Part shown: piece after piece, positions 10,745 to 19,907 of the stretch
Numbering within the stretch: position 1 is the first letter of the stretch
How the letters are laid out: each line of letters starts with the position of its first letter
Virus record (IMG/VR): IMGVR_UViG_3300021225_000305
Coordinates: 1 to 58,299 of that record
Source: a virus
Lineage: Duplodnaviria > Caudoviricetes
Length of the DNA stretch: 58,299 nucleotides
Direction: 5' to 3' (one strand)
Notes under the pieces: generated by a model
What the model saw: only the letters and a program-made list of their open reading frames with translations
Database searches by the model: none
What the model was told of the DNA's origin: nothing
Made by a program: the position numbers and the translations under genes

Positions 10745-10824
10745 ATCATTGTTTTATCTTTCATAGATTTATTGATTATTGATTTAAGGGCAGGTAAGGA
10801 GGAGCAATCCTCCTTATTTGTTTT
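10745..10824 (+). ncRNA. Putative small RNA ending in an intrinsic terminator
   Basis: Follows a full promoter. U-rich body, then TAAGGAGGA-GCAA-TCCTCCTTA-TTTGTTTT hairpin (10795-10824). Confidence 0.5.
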
Positions 10825-10837
10825 AAACACAACGCCA

Positions 10838-11257
10838 ATGAAGTGTCAAGCCGAGGAGTGTTTTTGTACGGATTTTAACCGTACATTCTGTAAGAACTAC
10901 AGAGAGGATGCGAAACCTAAGTCAAAAGGTCTCAAGAGAACTCAGTTCAAGAAAAAGTACAAGGCTACTGGCGAGATGGATCTCTTCAAACACCTATGGG
11001 AGACTCGTAAACATCGTTGTTACGTCACAGGAAGAGAGTTGGAGTTCTCTCCATCAATTTGCTTCCATATTCTCGGCAAGGGAGCGTTCCCTGCCTATCG
11101 CCTCAACCCATCCAACATCATTTTCGTCAATGCGGAGTATCACACAGATTGGCACACAATGTCGAGAGAAAAATTGCTCCAAAAGGATCGTAGGTGGGAG
11201 TACGTCTTCAAACTCTACGAGATGTTGAAGATTGCTTACTACAGCGAAGGTTTATAG
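10838..11257 (+). CDS. HNH-like (NinG-type) nuclease
   Basis: C-YVTG...HILGKG....RLNPSNI.....EYH...H resembles the NinG/HNH fold. ATG at 10838 preferred. Confidence 0.55.
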   Translation: MKCQAEECFCTDFNRTFCKNYREDAKPKSKGLKRTQFKKKYKATGEMDLFKHLWETRKHRCYVTGRELEFSPSICFHILGKGAFPAYRLNPSNIIFVNAEYHTDWHTMSREKLLQKDRRWEYVFKLYEMLKIAYYSEGL

Positions 11258-11435
11258 TATGGTTCTTGCACAACTTTATCTGATTAGAGTCGAAGTGTTT
11301 TATCTCTCCAGTCTCCTCCAAGGCAACCACCCACACAGTATTATTCTGCATTCCGTAGTCCATGAGGAATAGAGCAATTCCGTCACCTAACTCTGTCTCT
11401 ACCCAAAGTACCTGTTGTATTTCATGTATATTCAT
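11208..11435 (-). CDS. Hypothetical protein
   Basis: ATG just downstream of a TAAATTTG -7 element on the minus strand; plausible composition. Confidence 0.55.
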   Translation of the reverse strand: MNIHEIQQVLWVETELGDGIALFLMDYGMQNNTVWVVALEETGEIKHFDSNQIKLCKNHTINLRCSKQSSTSRRV

Positions 11436-11464
11436 TGTAACAAATTTAGGTGTATATTTGTTAC

Positions 11465-11755
11465 ATGAGAAATTCTTTAGCAGGAACTAAAAAAGGCAAA
11501 TCAGAGAGTGCCAAATACTTTCAGTCTAATCCAAAGGCGAAGGCTAAGAAAGATGCGTATAACAAGGAGTATCATTCTACTCCCGAGAGACGGAAGTATC
11601 GTTCAGAATTGAACAAGGCTAACCGTAAGGCTGGCACAACTGGAAATAAGGACGGTAAGGACATGAGCCATACTAAAACAGGCAAAGTTGTTAAAGAGAG
11701 TCAATCGGCTAACCGTAGAAGGAATGGCAAAGGCGGCACTTCACGTTTGAAGTAA
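11465..11755 (+). CDS. Small basic protein with degenerate HNH-like motif
   Basis: Very K/R-rich, with DGKDMSH...NRRRN; TATATTTG promoter element upstream and GGCGG/CCGCC terminator-like hairpin at the end. Confidence 0.55.
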   Translation: MRNSLAGTKKGKSESAKYFQSNPKAKAKKDAYNKEYHSTPERRKYRSELNKANRKAGTTGNKDGKDMSHTKTGKVVKESQSANRRRNGKGGTSRLK

Positions 11756-11788
11756 CCGCCTTCTTTTGTTTAACTAAATACTTTTTTC

Positions 11789-12109
11789 TTAAATTGGTCT
11801 TGCGTCAAATTGCCAGAACTCCTCTCCCTTCTTTACTATCACCTTATAGACGTGTAACTCATATACATCTTTATCGTTAAAGGTGTATTTCTTTTGTAGT
11901 ATATCTAAGATCGGCTTAATAGAATTATCTATATCATTTGCCTTGTTAGAGTAACCTACGATCAGAGTTATAGAAACTGGCCCTTGAGGAAATTTAAACG
12001 GGCGTAGCTTTAACAGACATTCTTTTTCATATGCCTTGTACTTAGGTGATTTAAATCTTCTACCCTGAAACGCCTCGTTTATGGATAATGGTTTTACATT
12101 TACCTTCAT
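11789..12109 (-). CDS. rusA: RusA-like Holliday junction resolvase
   Basis: PLSIN...; DIDNSIKPILDIL; FND..V catalytic Asp motifs. Confidence 0.8.
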   Translation of the reverse strand: MKVNVKPLSINEAFQGRRFKSPKYKAYEKECLLKLRPFKFPQGPVSITLIVGYSNKANDIDNSIKPILDILQKKYTFNDKDVYELHVYKVIVKKGEEFWQFDARPI

Positions 12110-12426
12110 TCCTTCATCTTAAATATAATATCAATAACCCTCTGTCTATTTTCCTCATCGTCTATGAAGTACAACATCTCATTAAGGGATTCTGAGACGC
12201 TATCTGAATAAGTAAATTTAATAAAGGATGGATCAACAAGATGTATATCTCCATCCATTGATTCAATGATGCCTACAGACTCTCCACTTGAGAAACCCCA
12301 TGAGTGGAAGAAGCCTGTCCTGGCACCATCAAAATGAACCATATTGTTTTCGCCATCCCACTTAAAGCATGAGCCTTTTTCAATAGCGACACCAGTCCAA
12401 TACTTAACCCTTCTGTACGTCTTCAT
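12106..12426 (-). CDS. Hypothetical protein
   Basis: 106-aa ORF overlapping both neighbours in an operon. Confidence 0.55.
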   Translation of the reverse strand: MKTYRRVKYWTGVAIEKGSCFKWDGENNMVHFDGARTGFFHSWGFSSGESVGIIESMDGDIHLVDPSFIKFTYSDSVSESLNEMLYFIDDEENRQRVIDIIFKMKE

Positions 12427-12679
12427 CTTCTATTACAAGAAGGATATCTCCCTGAGCAATTAAACCGTACTTAACGTCATTCTCCATTACCCATGTCACT
12501 TTTTTATCAGTAAACTTAATGCGGTCATGCATCTTAACTTCTGTTACTTCTTCTCCCATAGAGATTACAATACCCTCATCAGGCACATTCTTAGAAGCAA
12601 AGTCAGTATGTAATACATCAGACTCGATATTTTTCTTTGTTACAAGTTTAAACTTAACTCGATCAAATAGTGGTTGCAT
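12404..12679 (-). CDS. GroES-like co-chaperonin
   Basis: MQPLFDRV...EGIVISMGEEVTEVK..DRI....Y.LI.QGDIL.VI matches the Cpn10 pattern. Confidence 0.75.
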   Translation of the reverse strand: MQPLFDRVKFKLVTKKNIESDVLHTDFASKNVPDEGIVISMGEEVTEVKMHDRIKFTDKKVTWVMENDVKYGLIAQGDILLVIEDEDVQKG

Positions 12680-12686
12680 ATATTTT

Positions 12687-13136
12687 TTATTTTAATAGTT
12701 TAACGGTTAACAAAATACCCCCAGTAAAAGCTATAGGAACGCCAAGGATCGTAGCTGTCTTCCATCCCCATCTCTTACCATTCATCTTCCAATACTCATC
12801 CTCTAAAGAGATGTAATCCATGGCTTTCTGATCGTAAAGGAGATTGAGATTCTCGTATTGCTTTTCTTTTGCCTCAAGGGAGAGCATATACTGATTGGCA
12901 ATATCCTCAGCTAAGGACACCTGCTCATTTAGATTATCTATCTTCTCCATATTTGTTTTGTACATGGAGCGGTAGAATTTCTCAGAGGCAAATACTTTGT
13001 TGATTAGCTTTACATCATCTGTCTTAAGGCAAGTCAAAGTATCCTTCCCGATCAAGATTCTTGAGGGTTGATAGGTTAGTTGAGAGAAGATCTGATTGCT
13101 GACTAGGAGTAGCAAGATCAATATACCTTTTTTCAT
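12687..13136 (-). CDS. Secreted/membrane coiled-coil protein, possible spanin component
   Basis: N-terminal signal peptide, coiled coil and C-terminal TM; overlaps the upstream TM-coiled-coil gene. Confidence 0.45.
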   Translation of the reverse strand: MKKGILILLLLVSNQIFSQLTYQPSRILIGKDTLTCLKTDDVKLINKVFASEKFYRSMYKTNMEKIDNLNEQVSLAEDIANQYMLSLEAKEKQYENLNLLYDQKAMDYISLEDEYWKMNGKRWGWKTATILGVPIAFTGGILLTVKLLK

Positions 13137-13452
13137 CTTTGTATTTGTTTTTATTAGTTTGTTCCTTACTCTCTATGAAGATTACATCTCCCTTAAGTGT
13201 GGACATTCTGTTCTGGAGATCAACAATGTTCTGTTTGTGCCTGTCAATCTCCTCCTGTTTGTCTTGTATTTCTTTTTTAAGATTGTTCTCGTATAGAGTG
13301 TTGTCCTGTTTTCTTTTTACGCTACGTAAGTGCAAGAAGGCAAATAAGATTAGGAAGAAGAAGGCTATAGAAACTATAGCCAACTCCTCTTTATTTATCT
13401 TTATTATCCAATTCTTCCTTAATAGATTTAGCTTGTAGAAGAGCTTGTTCAT
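13024..13452 (-). CDS. Membrane-anchored coiled-coil protein, possible i-spanin
   Basis: N-terminal TM (LAIVSIAFFFLILFAFL) followed by a coiled coil. ATG at 13452 preferred. Confidence 0.45.
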   Translation of the reverse strand: MNKLFYKLNLLRKNWIIKINKEELAIVSIAFFFLILFAFLHLRSVKRKQDNTLYENNLKKEIQDKQEEIDRHKQNIVDLQNRMSTLKGDVIFIESKEQTNKNKYKDEKRYIDLATPSQQSDLLSTNLSTLKNLDREGYFDLP

Positions 13453-13756
13453 GTTTGTAAGTTTTAATGATTTGCACAACATCGTGATAAGAGAACCACG
13501 GCAGAGTGGCAATCTCCTGGACTAATTCCTCGGCATCCTCTAAAGCCTTTAGGTAAAAGCCACCACCCTCTATATCAAACAGAGCAGATGCCAATACTTT
13601 GTACTTCTGTTCAGCCGCCTTGATGAATTGATTCCCCTTCATCTTAACCTCTTTCTCCCAAAAGGGAGGGCCAATATGGTCAGAGATATTAATGAAGGCA
13701 TTGGCATGAATAACAGATGCAATGATCTGGTGCTTTTTGTGATCGTCTAAAATCAT
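13391..13756 (-). CDS. Hypothetical protein
   Basis: 121-aa ORF coupled to the exonuclease gene by an ATGA overlap. Confidence 0.6.
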   Translation of the reverse strand: MILDDHKKHQIIASVIHANAFINISDHIGPPFWEKEVKMKGNQFIKAAEQKYKVLASALFDIEGGGFYLKALEDAEELVQEIATLPWFSYHDVVQIIKTYKHEQALLQAKSIKEELDNKDK

Positions 13757-14436
13757 CTTTGTGTGAGTATTTTTATTAATTGTTTTTTATAAGCTATTGC
13801 CTTTTCAAGAACGGTATCAATAACTTCCTTTGTGTTGCTCTGCAAATGTACGGGAATTATTGCCATCTTGTTCTTCCCATCCATACGAGGATCGTAAGAT
13901 ATGAACATACCCTCTGTGTGACCAGAGATAAGCATATTCATTTGAAGTTGCCACCAATAAGCCTTTCTCTCCTTGAGTAGTTCAGCCTCATCCTTTATGA
14001 GTAGGTTCTGAACATGATTCTCAAAGTTATAAGGACATTTGATTTCAATAACACCGAAACGCGAGCAGATACCATCAGGTGAACCCCCTGCATGGTCTCC
14101 GTAAGAAATAAAACCTGTGGACTCAACACTAGACTCCATGAGTTCAGCGTATAGGTTACAAGCCTCAGCCTCGTGGTCGATACCCCAGTCTGTAGCGGCA
14201 GAGTTAGTAGTCTGCTCAATACCTGCCATTTCCTCGGCAACCTTAGACATAACGTAAGACTTAGCTGTCTCAGACATCTCTCCCTTCTCACGAGCCTCCT
14301 TTGATTGAGGGTTAGTTAAGAGTTTGTAAATCTCAGATGAGGTAAACTTACCCACACGAGCGTTGAACCAAGCCTGTGACCGCTGATCTGCGGCCATAGC
14401 TTGTTCCTTTAAGATTTCGTTTAATAGATTATTCAT
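13753..14436 (-). CDS. YqaJ/lambda-exonuclease family recombination nuclease
   Basis: QRSQAWFNARVGKFTSS, WG..HE..A, GSPDG, IEIKCP, YWWQLQ.NM motifs; next to RecT. Confidence 0.9.
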   Translation of the reverse strand: MNNLLNEILKEQAMAADQRSQAWFNARVGKFTSSEIYKLLTNPQSKEAREKGEMSETAKSYVMSKVAEEMAGIEQTTNSAATDWGIDHEAEACNLYAELMESSVESTGFISYGDHAGGSPDGICSRFGVIEIKCPYNFENHVQNLLIKDEAELLKERKAYWWQLQMNMLISGHTEGMFISYDPRMDGKNKMAIIPVHLQSNTKEVIDTVLEKAIAYKKQLIKILTQR

Positions 14437-14674
14437 TGTCCCCTCCTTTGATTTTCTCTGACAACTCCCCTATTGTTATGGATGCATCAGAGGTTTTCCA
14501 CCAATATTCCTGTCCAGCTCCCAATATTTGCTTTACTTGCTCTTCACGTTCTTTTTTGCTCATTGCTTTAGCTTGTTCAAAGATTTCTAACCATTCGTAT
14601 AATGATTTAGATTTTACCATTTGGTCTTCCGTAATACAATTAATTAACCAATCTACACTATTTTGCTTACTCAT
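14429..14674 (-). CDS. Small hypothetical protein (KQ.SV.WL family)
   Basis: MSKQNSVDWL...EQAKAM; paralogous to 25080-25325 and 26204-26422. Confidence 0.6.
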   Translation of the reverse strand: MSKQNSVDWLINCITEDQMVKSKSLYEWLEIFEQAKAMSKKEREEQVKQILGAGQEYWWKTSDASITIGELSEKIKGGDNE

Positions 14675-15537
14675 TGTTCACCTCCTTTGCTATTCTTAGC
14701 CTTAGCCTTCTCAATAATCTCTTTCTTCTGCTCAGGATCGATCATCACTGACTCATCAGATAGTGCCGCCTCAAGTTCTACCACGTTGGTAGTCTTCTCA
14801 AGTAGACGTTCTATCTGCTCCTCGCTCATCTTAACGTACTCAACAGTCTTGTACTCCTCGTTGTCGATAGAGATAGCGGTGTTAACCTTCTCAATCTTAT
14901 CCAAGGCAAAGGATGATTTAGGTATAGACTTCCAACCTCTCTTCACAACGGTCTTACGAGCCATCTCTGCATAGTCAGTTGACCATGGACCAAGATCCTT
15001 ACGACCAGTCTCTGAACGGTTCTTGATAGCGTCAATCTGAGGCTTCCACATAATCTCGAATAGCTTCTCGTCATTGTGTAGCACAAAGATTGCATACACA
15101 GCTATAACATCGCTGTCCTTGAAGGTCTCTCCCTTCGGCTTGTGAATAATCTCAGGGTTTGTTCCCTGAACGAAGTCAAACTCATCCCCTCGGTACACCA
15201 CAGCTGAAGATACAGCCTTGATAATACCCGTGTCAGAGATAAGTTTAATCATGCCCTGATATCCTGGCATTAGTTTAGCATTACCCTTGAAAGGAACTAG
15301 ATAAGCCAAGTTCATCACAGGGTTCAGAGACAACTTGGTCAATGCACAATTGTACACAGCCATTGCAACTGATTGTGGGTTAGAATTTGCTAGAACAGAG
15401 TTGTTGTTAGCAGCTTGGATGGCGAAAGACATCTCTCTCATGAGGACTTCTTCTCCTCCCATCAGTTTAATCATTTCCTCTCTGCGAGGTTCGATAAACG
15501 GCATAACCGTCTTTGGTGAAATTGTTATGTTTGACAT
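14671..15537 (-). CDS. recT: RecT-family single-strand annealing protein
   Basis: A...LSLNP...AYLVPF, GYQGMI.L, VY.GDEF, W...Y.EMARKTVVKR motifs. Confidence 0.9.
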   Translation of the reverse strand: MSNITISPKTVMPFIEPRREEMIKLMGGEEVLMREMSFAIQAANNNSVLANSNPQSVAMAVYNCALTKLSLNPVMNLAYLVPFKGNAKLMPGYQGMIKLISDTGIIKAVSSAVVYRGDEFDFVQGTNPEIIHKPKGETFKDSDVIAVYAIFVLHNDEKLFEIMWKPQIDAIKNRSETGRKDLGPWSTDYAEMARKTVVKRGWKSIPKSSFALDKIEKVNTAISIDNEEYKTVEYVKMSEEQIERLLEKTTNVVELEAALSDESVMIDPEQKKEIIEKAKAKNSKGGEQ

Positions 15538-15556
15538 TTTGTGTGTAATTTACTTA

Positions 15557-15745
15557 TTAATAATCGTCTCTATCGAAGTCTGCATCTTCTTCCTTAGTGC
15601 ATTCGTAGCACAGCCCTATCTCATCTTCGAATAGGTCTTGAACATCGCTATCGTCCCAGTCTTCGTAAACAATGCTTGTTCTTTTGATTTCAGCAATCCG
15701 TTCCTCTATTTGGTCCGAATCGCAATAACGGCAGTAGTCGCTCAT
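15557..15745 (-). CDS. Small acidic Zn-finger-like protein
   Basis: CRYC...CYEC, strongly Asp/Glu-rich; own TATATTTG element at 15771-15778. Confidence 0.6.
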   Translation of the reverse strand: MSDYCRYCDSDQIEERIAEIKRTSIVYEDWDDSDVQDLFEDEIGLCYECTKEEDADFDRDDY

Positions 15746-15787
15746 ATGATTTATTTTTTATTGGTTTCTACAAATATACAAAAAGAA

Positions 15788-16718
15788 TTATAAACTTTTA
15801 CAATTCCTCTCGAAAAAAGTTTCTAACAATTCTATGTGTTGTTTATGTTCCTCCTTAATCTCCCTCCCGTCAGGGCTGAAAATCCTCTTGAGAATCTTCC
15901 TCCTCTGATCGATATCCATAGGGTAGAGAGCAAGGTCAAAGGCTAGGTAAGCCTTAGGATCATTTTTCATCCCCGTCTTATTCAGTATGGCAAGAACCCT
16001 TTTGTGAAGGTTGTCCAGCTCCATGTACTTCTCGGCACGGGTTCTATATGTCTTACTACGAGAAAAGTTTGCCATTGTTTCTATCTTCAGTTCGTTCTAT
16101 ACATTTCTTAATTGCTCTCCAATCTTCCACATCCTCCTCGTTAAATTTAGGTGTGCCGAAGAAGAGAGACATCATCCTACTTATATGCTTCTTGTCATAA
16201 TCTGGACGAAATACCAGGAGAGCCTTGCGAGGGTTTATATTCCTCTCGGCAAAATACAAGAACCATTTAGCCCTTTTTTTGTGTACTGATTTCATCGATT
16301 ACCTTTTCAATTTTCTCACGAAGGGATTCCACCTCGTCACAATACTCGATCAACCCCTGTAGTAATACTTCGATCTTCTCCCTGTTCTTCAGGGGCTTCT
16401 TTCTACCTACAAGGTCGTTCATATACCTAGTCGAGAGACCTTTCTTCTTGCATATATAGTACATATTTATTACGTCTGCATGAGACCTACAAGACGAAAT
16501 AAGGTAGTCTAAAACGTGCTTGGGTATCTCTTGTTGCACTATCTTATTTTCTTCTTCGCCCCCCTTAGCATTATTCTCTCTTACTATCATCATCGGCCCG
16601 TTTTTTTTCGGTTTGTGCGTCTGAACGCCAGACGTTTTCTGAAGTTATGCAGAAAGATACTTAACCTGATTCGTGTGTACATCAGGTCTAATTTCCTATC
16701 GGTTTCTTGCTTAATCAT
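15788..16718 (-). CDS. Four small hypothetical ORFs (15788-16075, 16056-16295, 16267-16593, 16590-16718)
   Basis: Overlapping operon downstream of a TATATTTG element (16767-16774); no recognisable motifs. Confidence 0.5.
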
Positions 16719-16782
16719 GTGCGTGTGTTTTTTAATTAGTGAAATAGTGTTTAATCTATTGTGTTACAAATATAGTGAAAAT

Positions 16783-16820
16783 AAAAAAAGGGAATAGGCA
16801 ATTAAGCCTACCCCCTCTTT
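16783..16820 (-). terminator. Intrinsic terminator ending the early small-gene operon
   Basis: Minus strand AGAGGGGGTAGGC-TTAATT-GCCTATTCCCT followed by a T run. Confidence 0.75.
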
Positions 16821-16843
16821 CGTTAACCAATAAACACCACGAA

Positions 16844-19421
16844 CTAATTGTATTGTAAATGTTTCTCTAAGAAGATAATCTCGCTGTCATCGAACAAGCT
16901 CCAGTCTCCAACTGAATCTTCATCTGCCTCCATGTCGAAGGTATAGGAGCTGTTCTCAATTGTAACTTCTTCCTCGTCCATGTTGATGAACCCTTGAAGG
17001 TAAACCTGAACTTCTTTCTTACCTGAGTCTACAATGTGAACTGAGTCAAAGGCTAGTAATCTACCTGACGGATACACGTCAAGTTCTACTTGGTCTGCTA
17101 TGTCCTTTATAAAGTATTTCATTTGTTGCCCTCCAATTCGTTTATCTCGTTTGTTAATTGTATTAATGCTTGTTTCCTCTTCTCAAGAGCCTCTCTCTTG
17201 ATTCGAGCCATGTCATCCTGATACGTCTCATGCCATGCAGAGAGAGACTCCAATACGGCAGAGGTAAGAGAGTTAAGTACCTCTTCAATGTTTGTGGCGT
17301 AGTTAAACTCCAAGGTAACTCCTCGGTAGCTAGAGAAGTTAACCTTGAACTCAACCTCGCCATGATTGAAGTACACAGAGGTGAACTCTCTCTCCTTATC
17401 GGCATTCATTTGGTGTACCCGTACGTTAGGGGTGTGTCTCACTATCTCTCCAATGATAGAGTAATTCTCATGCATATCTGCAACATTGCGTGCAGTAGTA
17501 ATTAGCTTTTCAATTTGTGTCTTCATGTGTGTTATTAATTAAGTAAGTTTTTAATTGCAGAGGCAAGGGGTATGCTCATGAGCAACCCGATGCCGATTAG
17601 TGTTATGGTCATGGACTCCATGGATATTCCCGTGTATAAGATAATGATCAGGACAGCGGCAATTCCATACGCGATTCTCTCGTTACGCATCTGCACCTCC
17701 AGTCAAGAACTCAATCTTGTTATTCTCCGCAAGGAATTTCTTGCCGTCCCAAGTTGTTACTTCGTGCAAATAGATTTCAGGGTTTGAACGAGTCCCTATG
17801 TTCTCGCTTAAGTAGTCTTTAATCTCGTAAACTACTCCGTTAATTTTAGCTTTCATCATGGCATTATTAATTTAAATTGTTCTTGGTCTTGTTTCCAATT
17901 CTCGTATTGGCTAACGGCATCAGAGAATGACTCTATCTGCATACCCCTCTTTGAATAGAGAAGTTTCTTATTGTGGTACACCTCGAAGTTGTACTGCTCT
18001 CCAACTTTATTGAAGAAAAATATTGTCTCGTTCATAGGTGTACATTAGTTAGTTCTAATTCCACTCGGTAGTCATGACCTCTCCCTCCTGCTTCGTAAGT
18101 CACAAGATTACCCTGATAGGTAATCTCAACCTCGGCATCCATCTCTTCAGCCATCTCGAAGAATCTAGAGAGAGCCTTGTCTCGTGTGTGAAAGATTATG
18201 TCTTGTGTGCCTCCGATATGTTGTTGCATCGGGCGTTTCTTAATTGTTAGTACGTTCATGGCATTTTATATTTTAGTTGATTCGATTAGTGTGTAATAGT
18301 TATCGTAGTACTCGTTGAATAAATCTTGTGCGTCTTCAGTATAAACTTGTACGCCATCGTACTCTTCCCAAATTACCATCCTGTTGTGCCATTGTCTTTC
18401 TAGATGTGCCGATGCAAGTTCTGAAGCAAGTTCTACAGCATTAATTGTCATTTCGTGTGTGTTCATGGTGTTTATTTTTTTTATTTGTTTAATTTTATTA
18501 TAACTCCCGACCATAGCTTATCAAACTCAGGTCTCTCTTTACTCCTCACGACCTCCAGTCCTCTCGCTTTTGCAAATTTTGAAACGTGTTTCGAAGTTGT
18601 TGCAGAGTACTTTCCGTTCTCAATTAATTTGTCTCCCTCAATCGTTGCTACATGAGTAGTGAATGAAATGAACTTGTTCCCGTCTAAGAACATATTGTGT
18701 CCTACTTTTTCCATGGTGTTTTTTTATTTATTAATTAATTTTCTCAATTGTTAGTACGTCCATCATCTTGCGGTACATTAGCTTCGTGTAGTTCATAACG
18801 TGTTCCTCGTTGTTGAAGTTCACCTCACTCACTACCACTCTCCCGTAGACTTGAACCCGTAGTTCTACTTTAGCCTTGCATGGGAAGGTTATTGCTCCCT
18901 TTAACATCGGCAATTTCATATTGTGGTAACTCAGTTTCATAAGTTGTGTTTTTTATGGTTCAGGAAGTTTACTATGCAGTCGTATTCAGGAAGTTTCCCG
19001 TCATTGAAATGAGACGTCTCGTATTCCTTATGCAGGTCTACCAATAGTTCGAACATTAGGTCGTATTCGATTTCAGCACCAATTATAGCATCGTATAACT
19101 TGGTGAATAAATAGAAGTGGTAATCTTTCATGGTATTTATTATTTTACGTTTATTGAATTAAGTACATTTTTGAATCCCTTGTACACAGCCCTCTTATAA
19201 GCCTCACTCTCGTGGTCTAACACGTTCGCCAACATCAAGCTAGTCATCGAGGCATAACGGAAGACAATCTCTTTGTAGACGTGTTCGAATGTCTCGCCTC
19301 TCATCAGAGACTGGCGAATCTCCTCCTCCGAATTTACCACGGGGTTACTGAATGAACCCTCTCGGTTTGCTCTCATGTGAGCATCAGCAATTTGCTTCTG
19401 AAGTTTAGTAATACGTTCCAT
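16844..19421 (-). CDS. Early-region array of ~11 small hypothetical ORFs (16844-17122, 17119-17526, 17535-17690, 17683-17859, 17856-18035, 18032-18259, 18266-18466, 18481-18714, 18731-18940, 18937-19131, 19140-19421)
   Basis: Tightly packed co-oriented ORFs with A/C-rich leaders; three are under 60 aa and were read by hand. Typical host-takeover/anti-defence region. Confidence 0.6.
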
Positions 19422-19438
19422 GTGTGATTTATTTATTT

Positions 19439-19496
19439 GGTTAATACGAGAGGTTCACACCCCTCGTTTCGTCCAATCAGGACTCGTCAGTTAACC
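19439..19496 (-). ncRNA. Type I hammerhead ribozyme (HHR1)
   Basis: GGTTAA-CTGACGA-GTCC(TGATT)GGAC-GAAA-CGAGGGG(TGTGAA)CCTCTCG-TA-TTAACC: full catalytic core and three stems. GUA cleavage triplet; cut between 19445 and 19444. Confidence 0.9.
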
Positions 19497-19837
19497 TAGA
19501 ACTCGATAAAGTACTCAGGGTTGAAGGTGTATTGCTCCCCTTTGAACTCAGGGTTGTACACTAGCGTTCCCTCCTCGTTAAGCTTCATCCCTATGCACTC
19601 CTGAGTGAACTTCATGCACATGGCACCCACTAGAATCCTTGCACTCTCTTTGTCCATGGCAGTGATAATCTTAGCTACCAAGGTTGGTTCAGGACTTTCG
19701 ATATACTCGCCCATGTCTTCTCTTGTAGCGACTATCTCTCCCTCGAAGGCGTGTACCAAGGCGTTAGTAATTGTCTCGAAGGTGTACGGGTTATTGTTAA
19801 GCCCGATGTTTAATTGAAATACGTTCATGTTTTCCAT
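19496..19837 (-). CDS. Putative SAM lyase (T3 SAMase-like)
   Basis: G-x-Y (MGEY), E-x-T (PEPT), QEC and GTLVY occur in the same order and similar spacing as T3 SAMase GCY/EEKT/QDC/AGLVY; early-gene position. Confidence 0.6.
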   Translation of the reverse strand: MENMNVFQLNIGLNNNPYTFETITNALVHAFEGEIVATREDMGEYIESPEPTLVAKIITAMDKESARILVGAMCMKFTQECIGMKLNEEGTLVYNPEFKGEQYTFNPEYFIEF

Positions 19838-19855
19838 GTGTTTAAAAAATTAATT

Positions 19856-19907
19856 GGTTTATACGGGGCGAACCCCGTTTCGAGTACTCAACTCTCATCA
19901 GTAAACC
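19856..19907 (-). ncRNA. Type I hammerhead ribozyme (HHR2)
   Basis: GGTTTA-CTGATGA-GAGT(TGAGT)ACTC-GAAA-CGGGG(TTCG)CCCCG-TA-TAAACC: perfect core with a UUCG-capped stem III. GUA triplet; cut between 19862 and 19861. Confidence 0.92.

Noticed and set aside
19280-19310. CTGATGA-GAG..TTC-GAAC hammerhead-like string
   Set aside because: Inside a coding ORF, GAAC instead of GAAA, and no stems I or III.
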